A DNA stretch of 64,000 nt from Acidimicrobiia bacterium (lineage in GTDB: Bacteria > Actinomycetota > Acidimicrobiia > IMCC26256 > JACDBD01). The stretch is from assembly GCA_035938395.1 (NCBI GenBank), contig DASZGY010000071.1:9526-73525 (forward strand), given 5' to 3'. Numbering within the stretch: position 1 is the first letter of the stretch; each line of letters opens with the position of its first letter. Below the pieces are notes generated by a model. The model saw only the letters and a program-made list of their open reading frames with translations. It was not told the DNA's origin and made no database searches. Of the stretch, positions 26,825-36,916 are shown piece by piece. Position numbers and translations under genes: made by a program.

Positions 26825-27307
26825 ATGCCCCGGACCGACGCCCCGCCCGCCGAGCCGCCGGCTGCGATCACCGACGAGGCCGACCGCCTCGCCAAGGCCG
26901 TCAGCGACCTTCGGCGCGTCACCCGGCGCACGATCCGGAGCGACTGGCCGTACGCCCCGCTGTCGCCGTCGCAGGTCGAGCTGCTCCGAACGGTCGTGGA
27001 CAACCCCGGCATCGGTGTCCGCGACGCGGCCGAGTACCTCCGCCTCGCGCCCAACACGGTGAGCACGCTCGTCGGCAGCCTCACCGACGCCGGCCTCCTC
27101 ACCCGGACCCGCGACGAGCGCGACGGGCGCGCCGCCCGTCTCGAAGCGACGCCGGCCGCGTCGCGGCGGCGCGCCGCGTGGCGCGATCGCCGGGCGCACG
27201 TGATAGGGACCGCGCTCAACGACCTCGAACCCGTGGACCGCGAGGCGATCGACCGCGCCATCCCGGCGCTCGAGCGGTTGACCTGGCTGCTCGGGCACGA
27301 GGAGTGA
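26825..27307 (+). CDS. MarR-family transcriptional regulator
   Basis: ATG 26825. Winged-HTH region LSPSQVELLRTVVDNPGIGVRDAAEYLRLAPNTVSTLVGSLTDAGLLTRTRDERDGR. Confidence 0.85.
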   Translation: MPRTDAPPAEPPAAITDEADRLAKAVSDLRRVTRRTIRSDWPYAPLSPSQVELLRTVVDNPGIGVRDAAEYLRLAPNTVSTLVGSLTDAGLLTRTRDERDGRAARLEATPAASRRRAAWRDRRAHVIGTALNDLEPVDREAIDRAIPALERLTWLLGHEE

Positions 27308-28116
27308 GCGCGGCCCCCGCATCCGGGCCGGCCATCGCGTGCACGGGCCTGCGCTACCGCTTCGGTGATCACGTGGCGGTCGACGGCGTCGACCTCGATG
27401 TCCGGACGGGCGAGATGTTCGGGCTGCTCGGTCCCAACGGTGCGGGCAAGACGACGACCATCCGCATCCTCACCACGCTGCTGCCCGTCGTCGAGGGCGG
27501 AGCGCAGATCCTCGGTCTCGACGTGTCGCAGTCACCGATGCAGGCGCGCCGTCTCATCGGCTACGTACCGCAGCAGCTGTCGGCCGACGGCCAGTTGACC
27601 GGTCGCGAGAACGTCGCGATGTTCGCCCGGCTCTTCGACGTGCCACGGCGAGAGCGTGCCGACCGTGTCGCCGAGGTGCTCCATGTGATGAACCTCGACG
27701 ACGCCGTCGACCGCCTCGCGTCGACCTTCTCCGGGGGCATGGTGCGCCGCCTCGAGCTCGCGCAGGCGTTGGTCAACCGGCCCCGGGTGTTGATCCTCGA
27801 CGAGCCGACGATCGGGCTCGACCCCGTCGGGCGCGACACGGTGTGGGAGCGCCTGCGTTTGCTCCAGGCGGACGGGATCACGGTTCTCCTCACAACGCAC
27901 TACATGGAAGAAGCCGAAGAGCTCTGCGATCGGGTGGCGCTGATGCACCGCGGCCGCATTCGCGCCGTGGGCACGCCGACCGAGCTCGAAGCGCGCCTCG
28001 GGCCCGAGGCGACGCTCGAGGACGTGTTCCGCTTCTACGCCGGCGACTCGCTCGAGGAAGGAGGGGAGCTCCGTGACGTTCGTAGCACGCGGCGCGTCGC
28101 ACGCCGACTCGGCTGA
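27304..28116 (+). CDS. ABC transporter ATP-binding protein (ABC-2/DrrA-like)
   Basis: GTG 27304 overlaps the marR stop (GTGA). Walker [10 protein letters not shown], signature FSGGMVRRL, Walker B LILDEPT. Confidence 0.9.
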   Translation: MSAAPASGPAIACTGLRYRFGDHVAVDGVDLDVRTGEMFGLLGPNGAGKTTTIRILTTLLPVVEGGAQILGLDVSQSPMQARRLIGYVPQQLSADGQLTGRENVAMFARLFDVPRRERADRVAEVLHVMNLDDAVDRLASTFSGGMVRRLELAQALVNRPRVLILDEPTIGLDPVGRDTVWERLRLLQADGITVLLTTHYMEEAEELCDRVALMHRGRIRAVGTPTELEARLGPEATLEDVFRFYAGDSLEEGGELRDVRSTRRVARRLG

Positions 28117-28912
28117 CGCCGCCATCACCCTGCCGCCCAGCCCGCCCGCCTGGAAGTGGCTCGGCAGCCGCATCGCGACGTTCTGCCTCGTCGAGGTCCA
28201 GAAGATCCGCCACGACCGCACCGAGCTCCTCACCCGCGCGATCCAGCCCGCGCTGTGGCTGCTGATCTTCGGCGTGACGTTCGACCGCCTCCACGCCATC
28301 CCGACCGGGCACATCGACTACCTGGACTTCCTGACGCCCGGCATCCTCGCCCAATCCGGGATGTTCGTGGCCGTGTTCTACGGCATCCAGGTGATCTGGG
28401 AGCGCGACGCCGGCGTGCTCGCCAAGCTCCTCGTCACGCCGACGCCGCGAGCCGCGCTCGTGACGGGCAAGGCGTTCGCGGCGTCGATCCGCGCCTTCAG
28501 CCAGGTCATCGTGATCCTGGTCCTGGCGAGGATCCTCGGCGTCCACTTCACGGCCAACCCGCTCCTGCTTCTCGCGGCCGCCCTCGCGGTCGTGCTCGGG
28601 TCGGCCTTCTTCGCCACCCTGTCGCTGACGATCGCGGGGCTCGCGATGACGCGGGAGCGTCTCATGGGGATCGGGCAGGCGATCACGATGCCGTTGTTCT
28701 TCGCGTCCAACGCCCTCTACCCGGTCTCCCTCATGCCACCGTGGATCCGGGCGTTCAGCGTGATCAACCCGCTGAGCTACGAGGTGAACGCCCTGCGGCG
28801 CCTGCTGCTCGGCACGCCCGGCAACCTGCTCATCGACTTCGGCGTGCTGGTGTTCGCGCTCGTGCTCGGCGTGACCGTGGCGGCTGCAATCCTGCCCCGC
28901 CTCGTGCGCTGA
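28073..28912 (+). CDS. ABC-2 type transporter permease
   Basis: GTG 28073 preceded by GAAGGAGGGG. Overlaps the ATPase 3' end by 44 nt. Six TM segments. Confidence 0.8.
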   Translation: MTFVARGASHADSADAAITLPPSPPAWKWLGSRIATFCLVEVQKIRHDRTELLTRAIQPALWLLIFGVTFDRLHAIPTGHIDYLDFLTPGILAQSGMFVAVFYGIQVIWERDAGVLAKLLVTPTPRAALVTGKAFAASIRAFSQVIVILVLARILGVHFTANPLLLLAAALAVVLGSAFFATLSLTIAGLAMTRERLMGIGQAITMPLFFASNALYPVSLMPPWIRAFSVINPLSYEVNALRRLLLGTPGNLLIDFGVLVFALVLGVTVAAAILPRLVR

Positions 28913-28920
28913 CCCCGGCG

Positions 28921-29658
28921 CTATGTCGCGGACAGTGCCCGCAGGCCGAGCGCGCTCAGATGCTGCGCAAACAGCTCGGGGTCGTCGAACATCCAATCGT
29001 GATCGATGGGTCCGTACCCGGGCGGCCGCTTGGCGACGGTGAACGTCGCGTGGAGACGTCGGGCGAACTCCCGCCCGTCCTTGCGGGAGAGGATCGTGTC
29101 CCGCTCGGCCCACAGCACGTGGCACGGCAGGCCCAAGGCGGCGCAGATGTCGATCTCGGACAAGCGGTCGCTGCGGAACGCCCAGAGGGCCGCCGCCGCC
29201 AGCTGGAGCGGATGGGTCGCCCACGAGCGGGAGAACGACGACACCGCTGGAGCCGTCGCCATGCGAACGATTCCGAACGGGTGCACTGCCTCCCGGGCCA
29301 ACGAGAGCCCGCGGTGCACGCCGAGCGTGTCGCTGAAGACGCACTCCACGATCCGCGCCGGCGACCGGCACACCAGCCCGAGCTCGAGCCCGCCGCCGAA
29401 CGAGTGCCCGAGCAGGCTCACCTGCTCGACGCCGATCTCGCCGAGCGTGAGCTCGAGGCAGTCGAGCGCGTGATCGAACGTCCAGCGTTCCGGCAGTGCG
29501 AGCAGGTCGGGGATGACGACGCGCGCCCGGTCGGCGAGCAAGCGCGCCATCGGCAGGTACGTCGCCGGTTGCATGCCGTAACCGTGGAGCAGCACGATCG
29601 TCGGCCCGGCGCCGACCTCGACATAGTGCAGCGGGCGCGCGCTCCCGTCGGGGGTCAC
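28921..29658 (-). CDS. alpha/beta-fold hydrolase
   Basis: GTG 29658 overlaps the P450 stop (GTGA). VLLHGYG and nucleophile elbow GHSFGG. Confidence 0.75.
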   Translation of the reverse strand: MTPDGSARPLHYVEVGAGPTIVLLHGYGMQPATYLPMARLLADRARVVIPDLLALPERWTFDHALDCLELTLGEIGVEQVSLLGHSFGGGLELGLVCRSPARIVECVFSDTLGVHRGLSLAREAVHPFGIVRMATAPAVSSFSRSWATHPLQLAAAALWAFRSDRLSEIDICAALGLPCHVLWAERDTILSRKDGREFARRLHATFTVAKRPPGYGPIDHDWMFDDPELFAQHLSALGLRALSAT

Positions 29659-30866
29659 GCCACGCCGGTGTCGACCGGCAGGCTGCGGGGTCCGATCTCG
29701 AAGAACGTCGGCACGTTCTCGAACTCGTAACCCTCGGCGAGGCGCACGGAGCCGGGCGGGAACCGCTCGAGGAACGTGGCGATCCCGATGCGGGCGACGA
29801 TCCGGGCCATTGCCGCGCCGGGGCACACGTGAGGCCCGTAGCCGAACGTGAGGTGTTGGTCGGCGTTGGGGCGGTCGACCCGGAACTCGTCACCGTCCTC
29901 GAAGAGGAGCTCGTCGCGGTTGGCGGAACCGGTGCCGACGACAACGCGCTCGCCGGCGGCGATCGGCGAGTCGCCGATCGACGTGTCGTGCACGCATCCG
30001 CGGGCGAGGAAGAGCAGCGGCGGTGCGATCCGCAAGCTCTCTTCGACTGCGTTGGCGAGGGAGCCCTCCTCGACGCGGACGGTGTGCTCGAGCTCGGGCG
30101 TGACGAGCAGCTGATGGAGCAGGTTGCCGAGCAGCTGGCTCGTCGTCGTAAGCCCGCCGGTGATGAGGTTGCGGGTGAGCGCGCGCAGCTGATTGCGGGT
30201 GAGTCGCACGCCGTCGACCTCGAGCTGGACGAGCCGGGTGAGCACGTCGTCCGGAACAGCTTTGCCCCGGTCGACCTCGCGCATCCGGTGGTCGACCTTC
30301 TCGTCGATGTATCCCGCGAACTCCGGGAACGCGCCGGCGAACCCTTCGCCGCGCTCGGTCCGGTTGGTTCGGGGGAACTCGCTCACCATGAGCTCGCCCG
30401 CCCAGGTCGCGATCGTGTCGGCGTCCTCGGCGGGGAACCCGAGGAGGTGCACGGTGACGCGATTGGGCAGCGGCACCGAGTACGCCGGAACGAGATCGGC
30501 CCGGCCCGGCACCGTCACGCCGTCGAGCAATCCCTCGGCGGTGCCGCGAATGAACGGCTCGGCGGCGTGCACGACCTTGGGCGTGAGCGCGGTGACCATC
30601 ACCCGGCGAACGACGCTGTGCTGCGGGGGATCGAGCTCCCCGAGGATTCGGTCCTCGAGCGGGACTTCGACGCCCGGCGCCTTCATTCCCGACGCGTTCG
30701 AGAATGCCTCCGTGTCGCGCAACACCTCGCGGCACTCGGCGTGTCGGGTGACGTAGTGCATCCCGCCCGCGATCGGGGCGACCGGCCCCTCACGGCGCAG
30801 CTCCTTCAGGAGCGGCCACGCCCGCTGGGCCTGCCCCGGATCGAACGGATCGAACCCCCCCGGCAT
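29655..30866 (-). CDS. cytochrome P450
   Basis: ExxR (EESLR) and haem-binding loop FGYGPHVCPGAAMAR. Confidence 0.9.
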   Translation of the reverse strand: MPGGFDPFDPGQAQRAWPLLKELRREGPVAPIAGGMHYVTRHAECREVLRDTEAFSNASGMKAPGVEVPLEDRILGELDPPQHSVVRRVMVTALTPKVVHAAEPFIRGTAEGLLDGVTVPGRADLVPAYSVPLPNRVTVHLLGFPAEDADTIATWAGELMVSEFPRTNRTERGEGFAGAFPEFAGYIDEKVDHRMREVDRGKAVPDDVLTRLVQLEVDGVRLTRNQLRALTRNLITGGLTTTSQLLGNLLHQLLVTPELEHTVRVEEGSLANAVEESLRIAPPLLFLARGCVHDTSIGDSPIAAGERVVVGTGSANRDELLFEDGDEFRVDRPNADQHLTFGYGPHVCPGAAMARIVARIGIATFLERFPPGSVRLAEGYEFENVPTFFEIGPRSLPVDTGVA

Positions 30867-30893
30867 CGGTGGGGAGCGTACTGGCGACCCGGT

Positions 30894-32003
30894 CTAGGCA
30901 GGCGGTCCGGAGGCGAGCGTGACCTGGGCCGTGTGGCGGCCGCCGGAGTTGTCGGTCCAACCGACGTCGACCTTGTCGCGCGGGTGGTGCGGCGCGAGCG
31001 CCGAGGTGAGGTCCTCGATCGAGCTGACGCTCTTCCCGGCCAGCGAGGTGATGGTGTCGCCCTGCTGGAGGCCGGCGTTGTCCGCCGGTGAGCCGGACTG
31101 CACGCCGCCGACCATCGCGCCCGAACGCGTGCTCGAGCCGCCGCTCCGCGGCCCGCTCTGCGAGCCTGCAGTCCTGATCGACACACCGAGGAACGCGCGC
31201 GGGCCGACGTGGGTGTCGCCGCTGCCCTGGCCCGACTTGATCTGGTCGGCGACGGACATCGCCGTCTTGATCGGCACCGCGTAGCCCTCACCGGAGCCCG
31301 AGCCGGTGCGCAGCCGGAACCCTCCGCCGGTGCTCGCCGCCGTGTTCATGCCGACCACGTTGCCCTGGGCGTCGACGAGCGGGCCGCCGGAATCTCCCGG
31401 CTGGAGCGAGGCGTCGACCCGGATGAGGTTGCGCAATGTCTGGGAGCCGGAGCTGTCTGCGACTTGGATCGTCTCGCCGACCCCTCGCACGGCGCCCGTC
31501 GACGCGTCGGGCGTTCCGCCGCGGCCGCCCGCGTTGCCGAGCGCGACCACGGGCTCGCCGACGGACACGTTGCTATCGGTGTGCACCGTGTCGAGGCCGG
31601 AGACGCCGTCGATCTTGAGAAGGGCCACATCCTCGGCGACGTTGTAGCCGAGCACGTTCGCCTGATAGCTCCGTCCGGCGCCACCGATCTGGACGCGCAC
31701 GTTGCTCGAGTTCTCGATGACGTGGTTGTTGGTCAGGATCTCACCGGACGACCCGATGACAATGCCGGTACCGGCGGCCTGACCCTGACCGCCGGCCAGC
31801 GTCGTGTTGACGATGGCCACCGCCGGGTCGACCGAAGATTGGATGGAGCCGACGTTCACGCCACCACCCGAGCTCTGGGCGCCGGCTCCCGTCGCGGCGA
31901 AGCCGACCAGCCCGGCGCCGACGACGAAGGCCGCGAACGCGGCGAGAGGGCGTGACCATCGCGGCGAGCCGCTGTCTGAACGCGGGGACCGGAGACGCGT
32001 CAT
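30894..32003 (-). CDS. secreted trypsin-like serine protease with C-terminal PDZ (HtrA/S1C-like)
   Basis: Start at ATG 32003 (MTRLRSP). Triad contexts TNNHVI, DVALLKI, GDSGGPL. PDZ-like SGSPADNAGLQQGDTITSLAG. Confidence 0.85.
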   Translation of the reverse strand: MTRLRSPRSDSGSPRWSRPLAAFAAFVVGAGLVGFAATGAGAQSSGGGVNVGSIQSSVDPAVAIVNTTLAGGQGQAAGTGIVIGSSGEILTNNHVIENSSNVRVQIGGAGRSYQANVLGYNVAEDVALLKIDGVSGLDTVHTDSNVSVGEPVVALGNAGGRGGTPDASTGAVRGVGETIQVADSSGSQTLRNLIRVDASLQPGDSGGPLVDAQGNVVGMNTAASTGGGFRLRTGSGSGEGYAVPIKTAMSVADQIKSGQGSGDTHVGPRAFLGVSIRTAGSQSGPRSGGSSTRSGAMVGGVQSGSPADNAGLQQGDTITSLAGKSVSSIEDLTSALAPHHPRDKVDVGWTDNSGGRHTAQVTLASGPPA

Positions 32004-32141
32004 GCCGCCATTGTCGCAAGCGAACCTTTGAACCCGCTGTGGAATCGCTGAGCCGGTGCCGAGACTCGTGATCCGGGATCGCCGCCGGCGTGGAATACTC
32101 GAGCGTTCGCTCGATCCAAGGAACGGCAAGAGAGGGCAGGC

Positions 32142-33527
32142 ATGGCAGACGTCCGCACGACGCACTTCGAGCTCCCCGGATTCGGCGGTGAGCTCGTCCA
32201 TCCCGGCGAGACCGACTACGACGGCCTGCGGGGCGTCTTCAACGGGATGATCGACCGCCATCCCGCGCTGATCGCCCGCTGCACGAGCGCGGACGACGTC
32301 GTCGCGGCCGTCGATCTCGCCCGGCGAGACGGCCTGCCGCTCTCCGTGTACGGGGGCGGACATGGCGTGACCGGCGCGGCGGTGGTCGACGACGGCATCT
32401 GTGTCGATCTGCGCACGCTCAACCGGATCGACGTCGACCCGCAGCAACGCATCGCTCGCGTCGAGGGCGGGGCGAGGTGGGGCGCGATCGACGCCGCCAC
32501 CCAGGAGCACGGCTTGGCCGTCACGGGCGGCCGCATGTCGGACACCGGCATCGGAGGCCTGGCCCTGGGCAGCGGCAGCGGTTGGCTCGAGCGCAAGTTC
32601 GGCTTCACGTGCGACAACCTCGTCAAGGCCGAGCTCGTGACCGCCGACGGCCGCAAGGTCATCGCGTCGGAGGACGAGAACCCCGACCTGTACTGGGGCC
32701 TACGGGGCGGCGGCGGCAACTTCGGCGTGGTCACCGCGTTCCATCTCCGGCTTCACCAGGTCGGTCCGATCGTGCTCGGCGGCCAGCTCATGTACCCGGC
32801 GCCGATGGCGGGCGACCTGATGCGCTTCTACCGCGAGTTCATCCTCGCTGCGCCCGACGAGGTCTGTGGCGGAATGGCGTTCATCACCGCACCGCCCGAG
32901 GAGTTCGTGCCCGAGCCCGTGCGTGGCCAACCGGTCGTCGGCGTCGTCGTGCTGTACGCGGGTGATCCTGCCGAGGGCGAGGAGGCGTTCCGGCCGCTGC
33001 GCGAGTTCGGTCCGCCCGGACTCGACATGGTCCAGCCCATGCCGTACGTCGCCGTGCAGCAGATGATCGACGCCCCCAACCCGAGCGGTCGCCTGAACTA
33101 CTGGAACGCCGACTTCTATTCGGAGTTGCCGGACGAGGCGATCGACACGTTCGTCGAACGGGCCACCAAGCCGATCTCACCGTTCAGCCAGGTGATCGTC
33201 ATGCCCGGCGGCGGCGCCGTCTCGCGCGTTCCCGATGACGCCACCGCGTTCGTGGAACGGAACGCGGAGTGGAACCTGCACTACCTGTCGATGTGGGAGG
33301 ACCCCGCCGAGACCGACCGGAACATCGCCTGGACGCGCGAGTTCTCCGCGGCCATGAAGCCGTGGGCCACCGGGCGCCAGTACCTGAACATGCTCGGCGA
33401 CGAGGGCGTGGACCGCGTGAAAGCGGCCTACGGCCCCGAGAAGTTCGCCAAGCTGCAGGCCCTCAAAGGCGCGTGGGACCCGGCGAACCTGTTCTCCCAC
33501 AACCAGAACATCCCGCCGGCGGCGTGA
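32142..33527 (+). CDS. FAD-linked oxidase (FAD_binding_4 + BBE-like C-terminus)
   Basis: VYGGGHGVTG FAD-binding region and C-terminal KGAWDPANLFSHNQNI. Confidence 0.85.
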   Translation: MADVRTTHFELPGFGGELVHPGETDYDGLRGVFNGMIDRHPALIARCTSADDVVAAVDLARRDGLPLSVYGGGHGVTGAAVVDDGICVDLRTLNRIDVDPQQRIARVEGGARWGAIDAATQEHGLAVTGGRMSDTGIGGLALGSGSGWLERKFGFTCDNLVKAELVTADGRKVIASEDENPDLYWGLRGGGGNFGVVTAFHLRLHQVGPIVLGGQLMYPAPMAGDLMRFYREFILAAPDEVCGGMAFITAPPEEFVPEPVRGQPVVGVVVLYAGDPAEGEEAFRPLREFGPPGLDMVQPMPYVAVQQMIDAPNPSGRLNYWNADFYSELPDEAIDTFVERATKPISPFSQVIVMPGGGAVSRVPDDATAFVERNAEWNLHYLSMWEDPAETDRNIAWTREFSAAMKPWATGRQYLNMLGDEGVDRVKAAYGPEKFAKLQALKGAWDPANLFSHNQNIPPAA

Positions 33528-34331
33528 CTAGCGAGCCGCGGTGACCCGGACCGTCATGTCGGCGGGCACGGCGGAAGCGAGCCAGCGGCCGGAGGACGCG
33601 GTCCAGATCCGGCCCGCGAAGCCCACCTCGCTGACCCCGAACTGGGGCGCGTGGCCGATCAACCATGCCGACACGGTCCAGCCGCGCGCCTCGGGCAAGG
33701 GCACGTCGATCGTCTGAGGTCCGAGCTCCTGCGTCAGCGCGTCACGCATCGGCTGGCCCGATGCCGGGGTCGGCCCGACGCTGACGCGACAGCTCAGGCC
33801 GGCGGGAATCTCCCCCGTTGTGGCCTGGGCGATGGCGCGTGCTTCTTGCTCCCACCCGGCGTAGGCGGACGGCGCCGCGCTGCGCTGCACGCGTTGCGCG
33901 GCCGTCGTGACGGGCAGCGTCTCCCACCCCGGGACCCGCGCCAGGTGACGGTAGAAGGCGCCCGCGGCGTAGGTGGGTGTCAACAGCTGACTCGCTGATC
34001 CCCAGCCTTGCGACGGGCGCTGCTGGAAGAGCCCGACCGAGTCCCGGTCGCCGTGGGGGAGGTTCTGCAGCCTCGACTCCTGGAGCGCGGCGGCGAGGGC
34101 GACTGATACCGCGTGATCGGGAAGTCCCATACGTTTGCCGACGACGGTGATCGTCGTCGCGTGGGCCGCCTGGTCGGGGCTGAGCGTGTAGGTCTTGTTG
34201 TTGAGCGAGACGCGACATCCCGGCGGCACATTGCCGCCGTGGTCTCTCGTCGCCGCGAAGACGGCATAGCCACCGGCCGCCACCACCACGAGGACGGCGA
34301 TCGTCACGACCCAGCCACGACCCCGGAACAT
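33528..34331 (-). CDS. membrane-anchored conserved hypothetical protein
   Basis: N-terminal TM (WVVTIAVLVVVAAGGYAVF). DSVGLFQQRPSQGWG block, which I recall as conserved in actinobacterial hypothetical proteins. Confidence 0.6.
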   Translation of the reverse strand: MFRGRGWVVTIAVLVVVAAGGYAVFAATRDHGGNVPPGCRVSLNNKTYTLSPDQAAHATTITVVGKRMGLPDHAVSVALAAALQESRLQNLPHGDRDSVGLFQQRPSQGWGSASQLLTPTYAAGAFYRHLARVPGWETLPVTTAAQRVQRSAAPSAYAGWEQEARAIAQATTGEIPAGLSCRVSVGPTPASGQPMRDALTQELGPQTIDVPLPEARGWTVSAWLIGHAPQFGVSEVGFAGRIWTASSGRWLASAVPADMTVRVTAAR

Positions 34332-34434
34332 CTTGCTCCGAACGTAACCGCGTCCGGCCCGGGCGCCGGGTCAGCCCGATCGCACGAGCCGAGCTTGCGA
34401 CGGCGACCAGACCGACGGACTAGAACGGGTTTCC

Positions 34435-35238
34435 ATGTCTTTCGTCGTCATCGAGAAGCCCCGACCTCACGTCGCGCTGGTGACCCTCAACCGGCCCGAG
34501 CGCATGAACTCCATGGCCTTCGACGTGATGATCCCGCTGCGGGACGCGCTCGAGGAGGTGAGCCTCGACAACGACACGAGGGTCGTCGTCCTCACCGGGG
34601 CGGGACACGGCTTCTGTTCCGGCGCCGACCTCGAGGACGCGGGGACGATCCCGAACATCGCCGGCCTGACGCGCTCGTCCATCGCTCAGCGCTCGATGGA
34701 GCTTCTCCACGACGTGATCGTGGCGCTGCGTCGGATGCATCAACCGGTTGTGGCCGCCGTCAACGGCGCCGCCATCGGCGGCGGATTCTGCCTCGCGGTC
34801 GCCGCCGACATCCGGCTGGCGGCGGAAGGCGCGTACTTCCGCGCCGCGGGCATCAACAACGGGCTGACGTCGACCGAGCTCGGGATCAGCTACCTGCTCC
34901 CGCGCGCCATCGGCTCGTCGCGCGCGTTCGAGATCATGCTGTCCGGACGCGACGTGGACGCCGCCGAGGCCGAGCGCATCGGCCTCGTCTCGCGCGCCGT
35001 TCCGGGCGACCAGCTTCTCGAGCGGTGCTACGAGCTGGCCGAGCGCATCATCGGCTTCAGCCGCGTCGGCGTCGAGAGCACGAAGCGCATGCTGTGGTCG
35101 AGTCTCGACGCCGGCAGCCTGCACTCCCAGATGGACGCCGAGGCGCACGCACAGCTGTACGTGCGCCTCACGACCGAGAACTTCGAAGAGGCAGTCCGGG
35201 CCCGGCGCGAGAAGCGCGCGCCGGTGTTCCGGGACTGA
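34435..35238 (+). CDS. enoyl-CoA hydratase/isomerase (crotonase) family
   Basis: LNRPERMNSM and GAGHGFCSGADL oxyanion-hole motifs. Confidence 0.9.
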   Translation: MSFVVIEKPRPHVALVTLNRPERMNSMAFDVMIPLRDALEEVSLDNDTRVVVLTGAGHGFCSGADLEDAGTIPNIAGLTRSSIAQRSMELLHDVIVALRRMHQPVVAAVNGAAIGGGFCLAVAADIRLAAEGAYFRAAGINNGLTSTELGISYLLPRAIGSSRAFEIMLSGRDVDAAEAERIGLVSRAVPGDQLLERCYELAERIIGFSRVGVESTKRMLWSSLDAGSLHSQMDAEAHAQLYVRLTTENFEEAVRARREKRAPVFRD

Positions 35239-35241
35239 CCG

Positions 35242-35913
35242 CTACTTCTGGGCGGCGGCGACCCGCTGGACGACCGCGTTCACGATGTCGGGACCCTGGG
35301 TGATGCGGGAGCCGACGTTCGTGAAGGCGAAGCCCAGGACGGCGCGCCCGACCCGCACGACGATGAAGTCGATGTACAAGGTCGCTTCGCCACCGTTCTG
35401 CGTGAAGGTGGCGGCAATCTCGTAGCCGACGGCCTGGTCGCCGACGCCTTGGAGATCCGTGATCGGCGACACCGTGGGTGGTGTGGAGGCGGGCCGATTC
35501 CGCTCGACCTCGGTCCCGAGCCGCGTGAAGCACGCCGTCGCCGCCGACCCGTTGTACGCCGACACGAACTTGCCGGCGTCCTTACTGTTCTGGAAGGCGT
35601 AGACAGCGTTCTCGGCCGTCGTAGCGTGCTCCGGCACCGGATCGGTGAACTCGCGGGACCGGGCCCGGGGCTCGTCCTTCTTTGCAGCTGCGACGGCGGT
35701 GTTGATCTTCTTGCATTCCTTGAGGCCTTTGAGCGCGTCGCTGCTGGCGTTGCTCCGCTTCGACGTCCACTCGGCGGGGACATCCGCCTTCGTGATGACA
35801 CCCCCCTTGAGGATCGCCTTGTCACTTCCGGCTGCCGACGCCGGCCCGGCGAGCGCCAGGGACGCGGCCACGGGGACGGCGAGGATCAGCAATCGCTTGC
35901 GTTGGGAAAGCAT
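35242..35913 (-). CDS. secreted hypothetical protein
   Basis: Start at ATG 35913 (MLSQRKRLLILAVPVAASLALAGPASAAG). No family recognised. Confidence 0.6.
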   Translation of the reverse strand: MLSQRKRLLILAVPVAASLALAGPASAAGSDKAILKGGVITKADVPAEWTSKRSNASSDALKGLKECKKINTAVAAAKKDEPRARSREFTDPVPEHATTAENAVYAFQNSKDAGKFVSAYNGSAATACFTRLGTEVERNRPASTPPTVSPITDLQGVGDQAVGYEIAATFTQNGGEATLYIDFIVVRVGRAVLGFAFTNVGSRITQGPDIVNAVVQRVAAAQK

Positions 35914-36292
35914 CGGGGCACCATACCGTCCGGTCCGGCGCCGAATCGCCCGCGTTCCGAGGGGGCAACTGGCGGGCCGATTCGCGCCTGAACAACCGCC
36001 GGAGTGGGGCGGGCGCGCCGCCGTCGTCGCCGCGAACGGCCCCGAGTGGCGTGACTCACGCATTCCACAAGTCGTTGTGGACGGCGTGACCAGCGCAAAC
36101 GTTCACCATCCATTTACCGTTCGCGCGTTGATCGTCGAGCGACAACACGCTTCGCTACACGCAACCGATTTGGGCCCATCCCAGGAGAGCACTTGGCCGA
36201 ATCGGACCCCAGGGAGCGGGAGTCGCCCCACACGTCTTCCCCCGGGGCGGCTCCCGCTTCCACTCAGGTTGTCGACGAACAGGCGCGACCGA

Positions 36293-36826
36293 TCAGCAGC
36301 CGGCGTTGCGCAGCGTGGGATACGGATCGGTGTGTTGTCCGTTCACGCCGCCGAGGCGGATCTCGAAGTGCAAATGCGGGCCGGTGGCATTGCCGGTCTC
36401 GCCGACCCGACCGATCGGCTCGCCTTGCCCGACTCCGCGGTCGCCGCCGCCGAGGATCTCCGACATGTGCGCGTAGTAGTAGACGTTCCCGTCGTCGGCG
36501 TAGAGGTACACGACCAGGCCGCCGGCGCTCTCGAGCGTGTAGTGCACGCTCCCGGACTTGACGGCCCAGATCGGAGTTCCCGTGGGCGCGTGCATGTCGA
36601 TCCCGTAATGGAACCCACTGCCGCGCGGCCCGTAGTCGTCGGTGTAGCTCGAGCCGTCGACCGGGCACCTGAAGTTGGAGATGACGGTGCCGCCGCCGGG
36701 CGCGCACGCCGCAGCGATCAACACGACCGCCACCACCGGCAGCAGCCATCGCCACGCGCGAAGAAAGAATCGGGTTCGGGGGATGCAAGGAGGGTAGGCG
36801 CCTACGATGCGCGAAATGCGGACCAT
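36293..36826 (-). CDS. M23-family metallopeptidase (probable lipoprotein)
   Basis: Lipobox-like IAAAC; HYGIDM (HxxxD) and GPHLHFE motifs. Confidence 0.8.
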   Translation of the reverse strand: MVRISRIVGAYPPCIPRTRFFLRAWRWLLPVVAVVLIAAACAPGGGTVISNFRCPVDGSSYTDDYGPRGSGFHYGIDMHAPTGTPIWAVKSGSVHYTLESAGGLVVYLYADDGNVYYYAHMSEILGGGDRGVGQGEPIGRVGETGNATGPHLHFEIRLGGVNGQHTDPYPTLRNAGC

Positions 36827-36916
36827 CGCGCTGGTCGATCACACGCGGAAACACCGGCCGCCCGCCGGTGTGCTGGAGGCCATCGCAGAAGCGTTGACGA
36901 TCGCACGGGTAACGCG

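Noticed and set aside
36064-36081. Shared TTCCACA(N4-6)TGTGGA palindromes at 36064-36081 and 41430-41451 (half-site CTGTGGAA near 32038) as a regulon operator
   Set aside because: Only two full copies. One lies between convergent gene ends, where a terminator hairpin is the simpler explanation. There are too few sites to call a motif without a genome-wide search.
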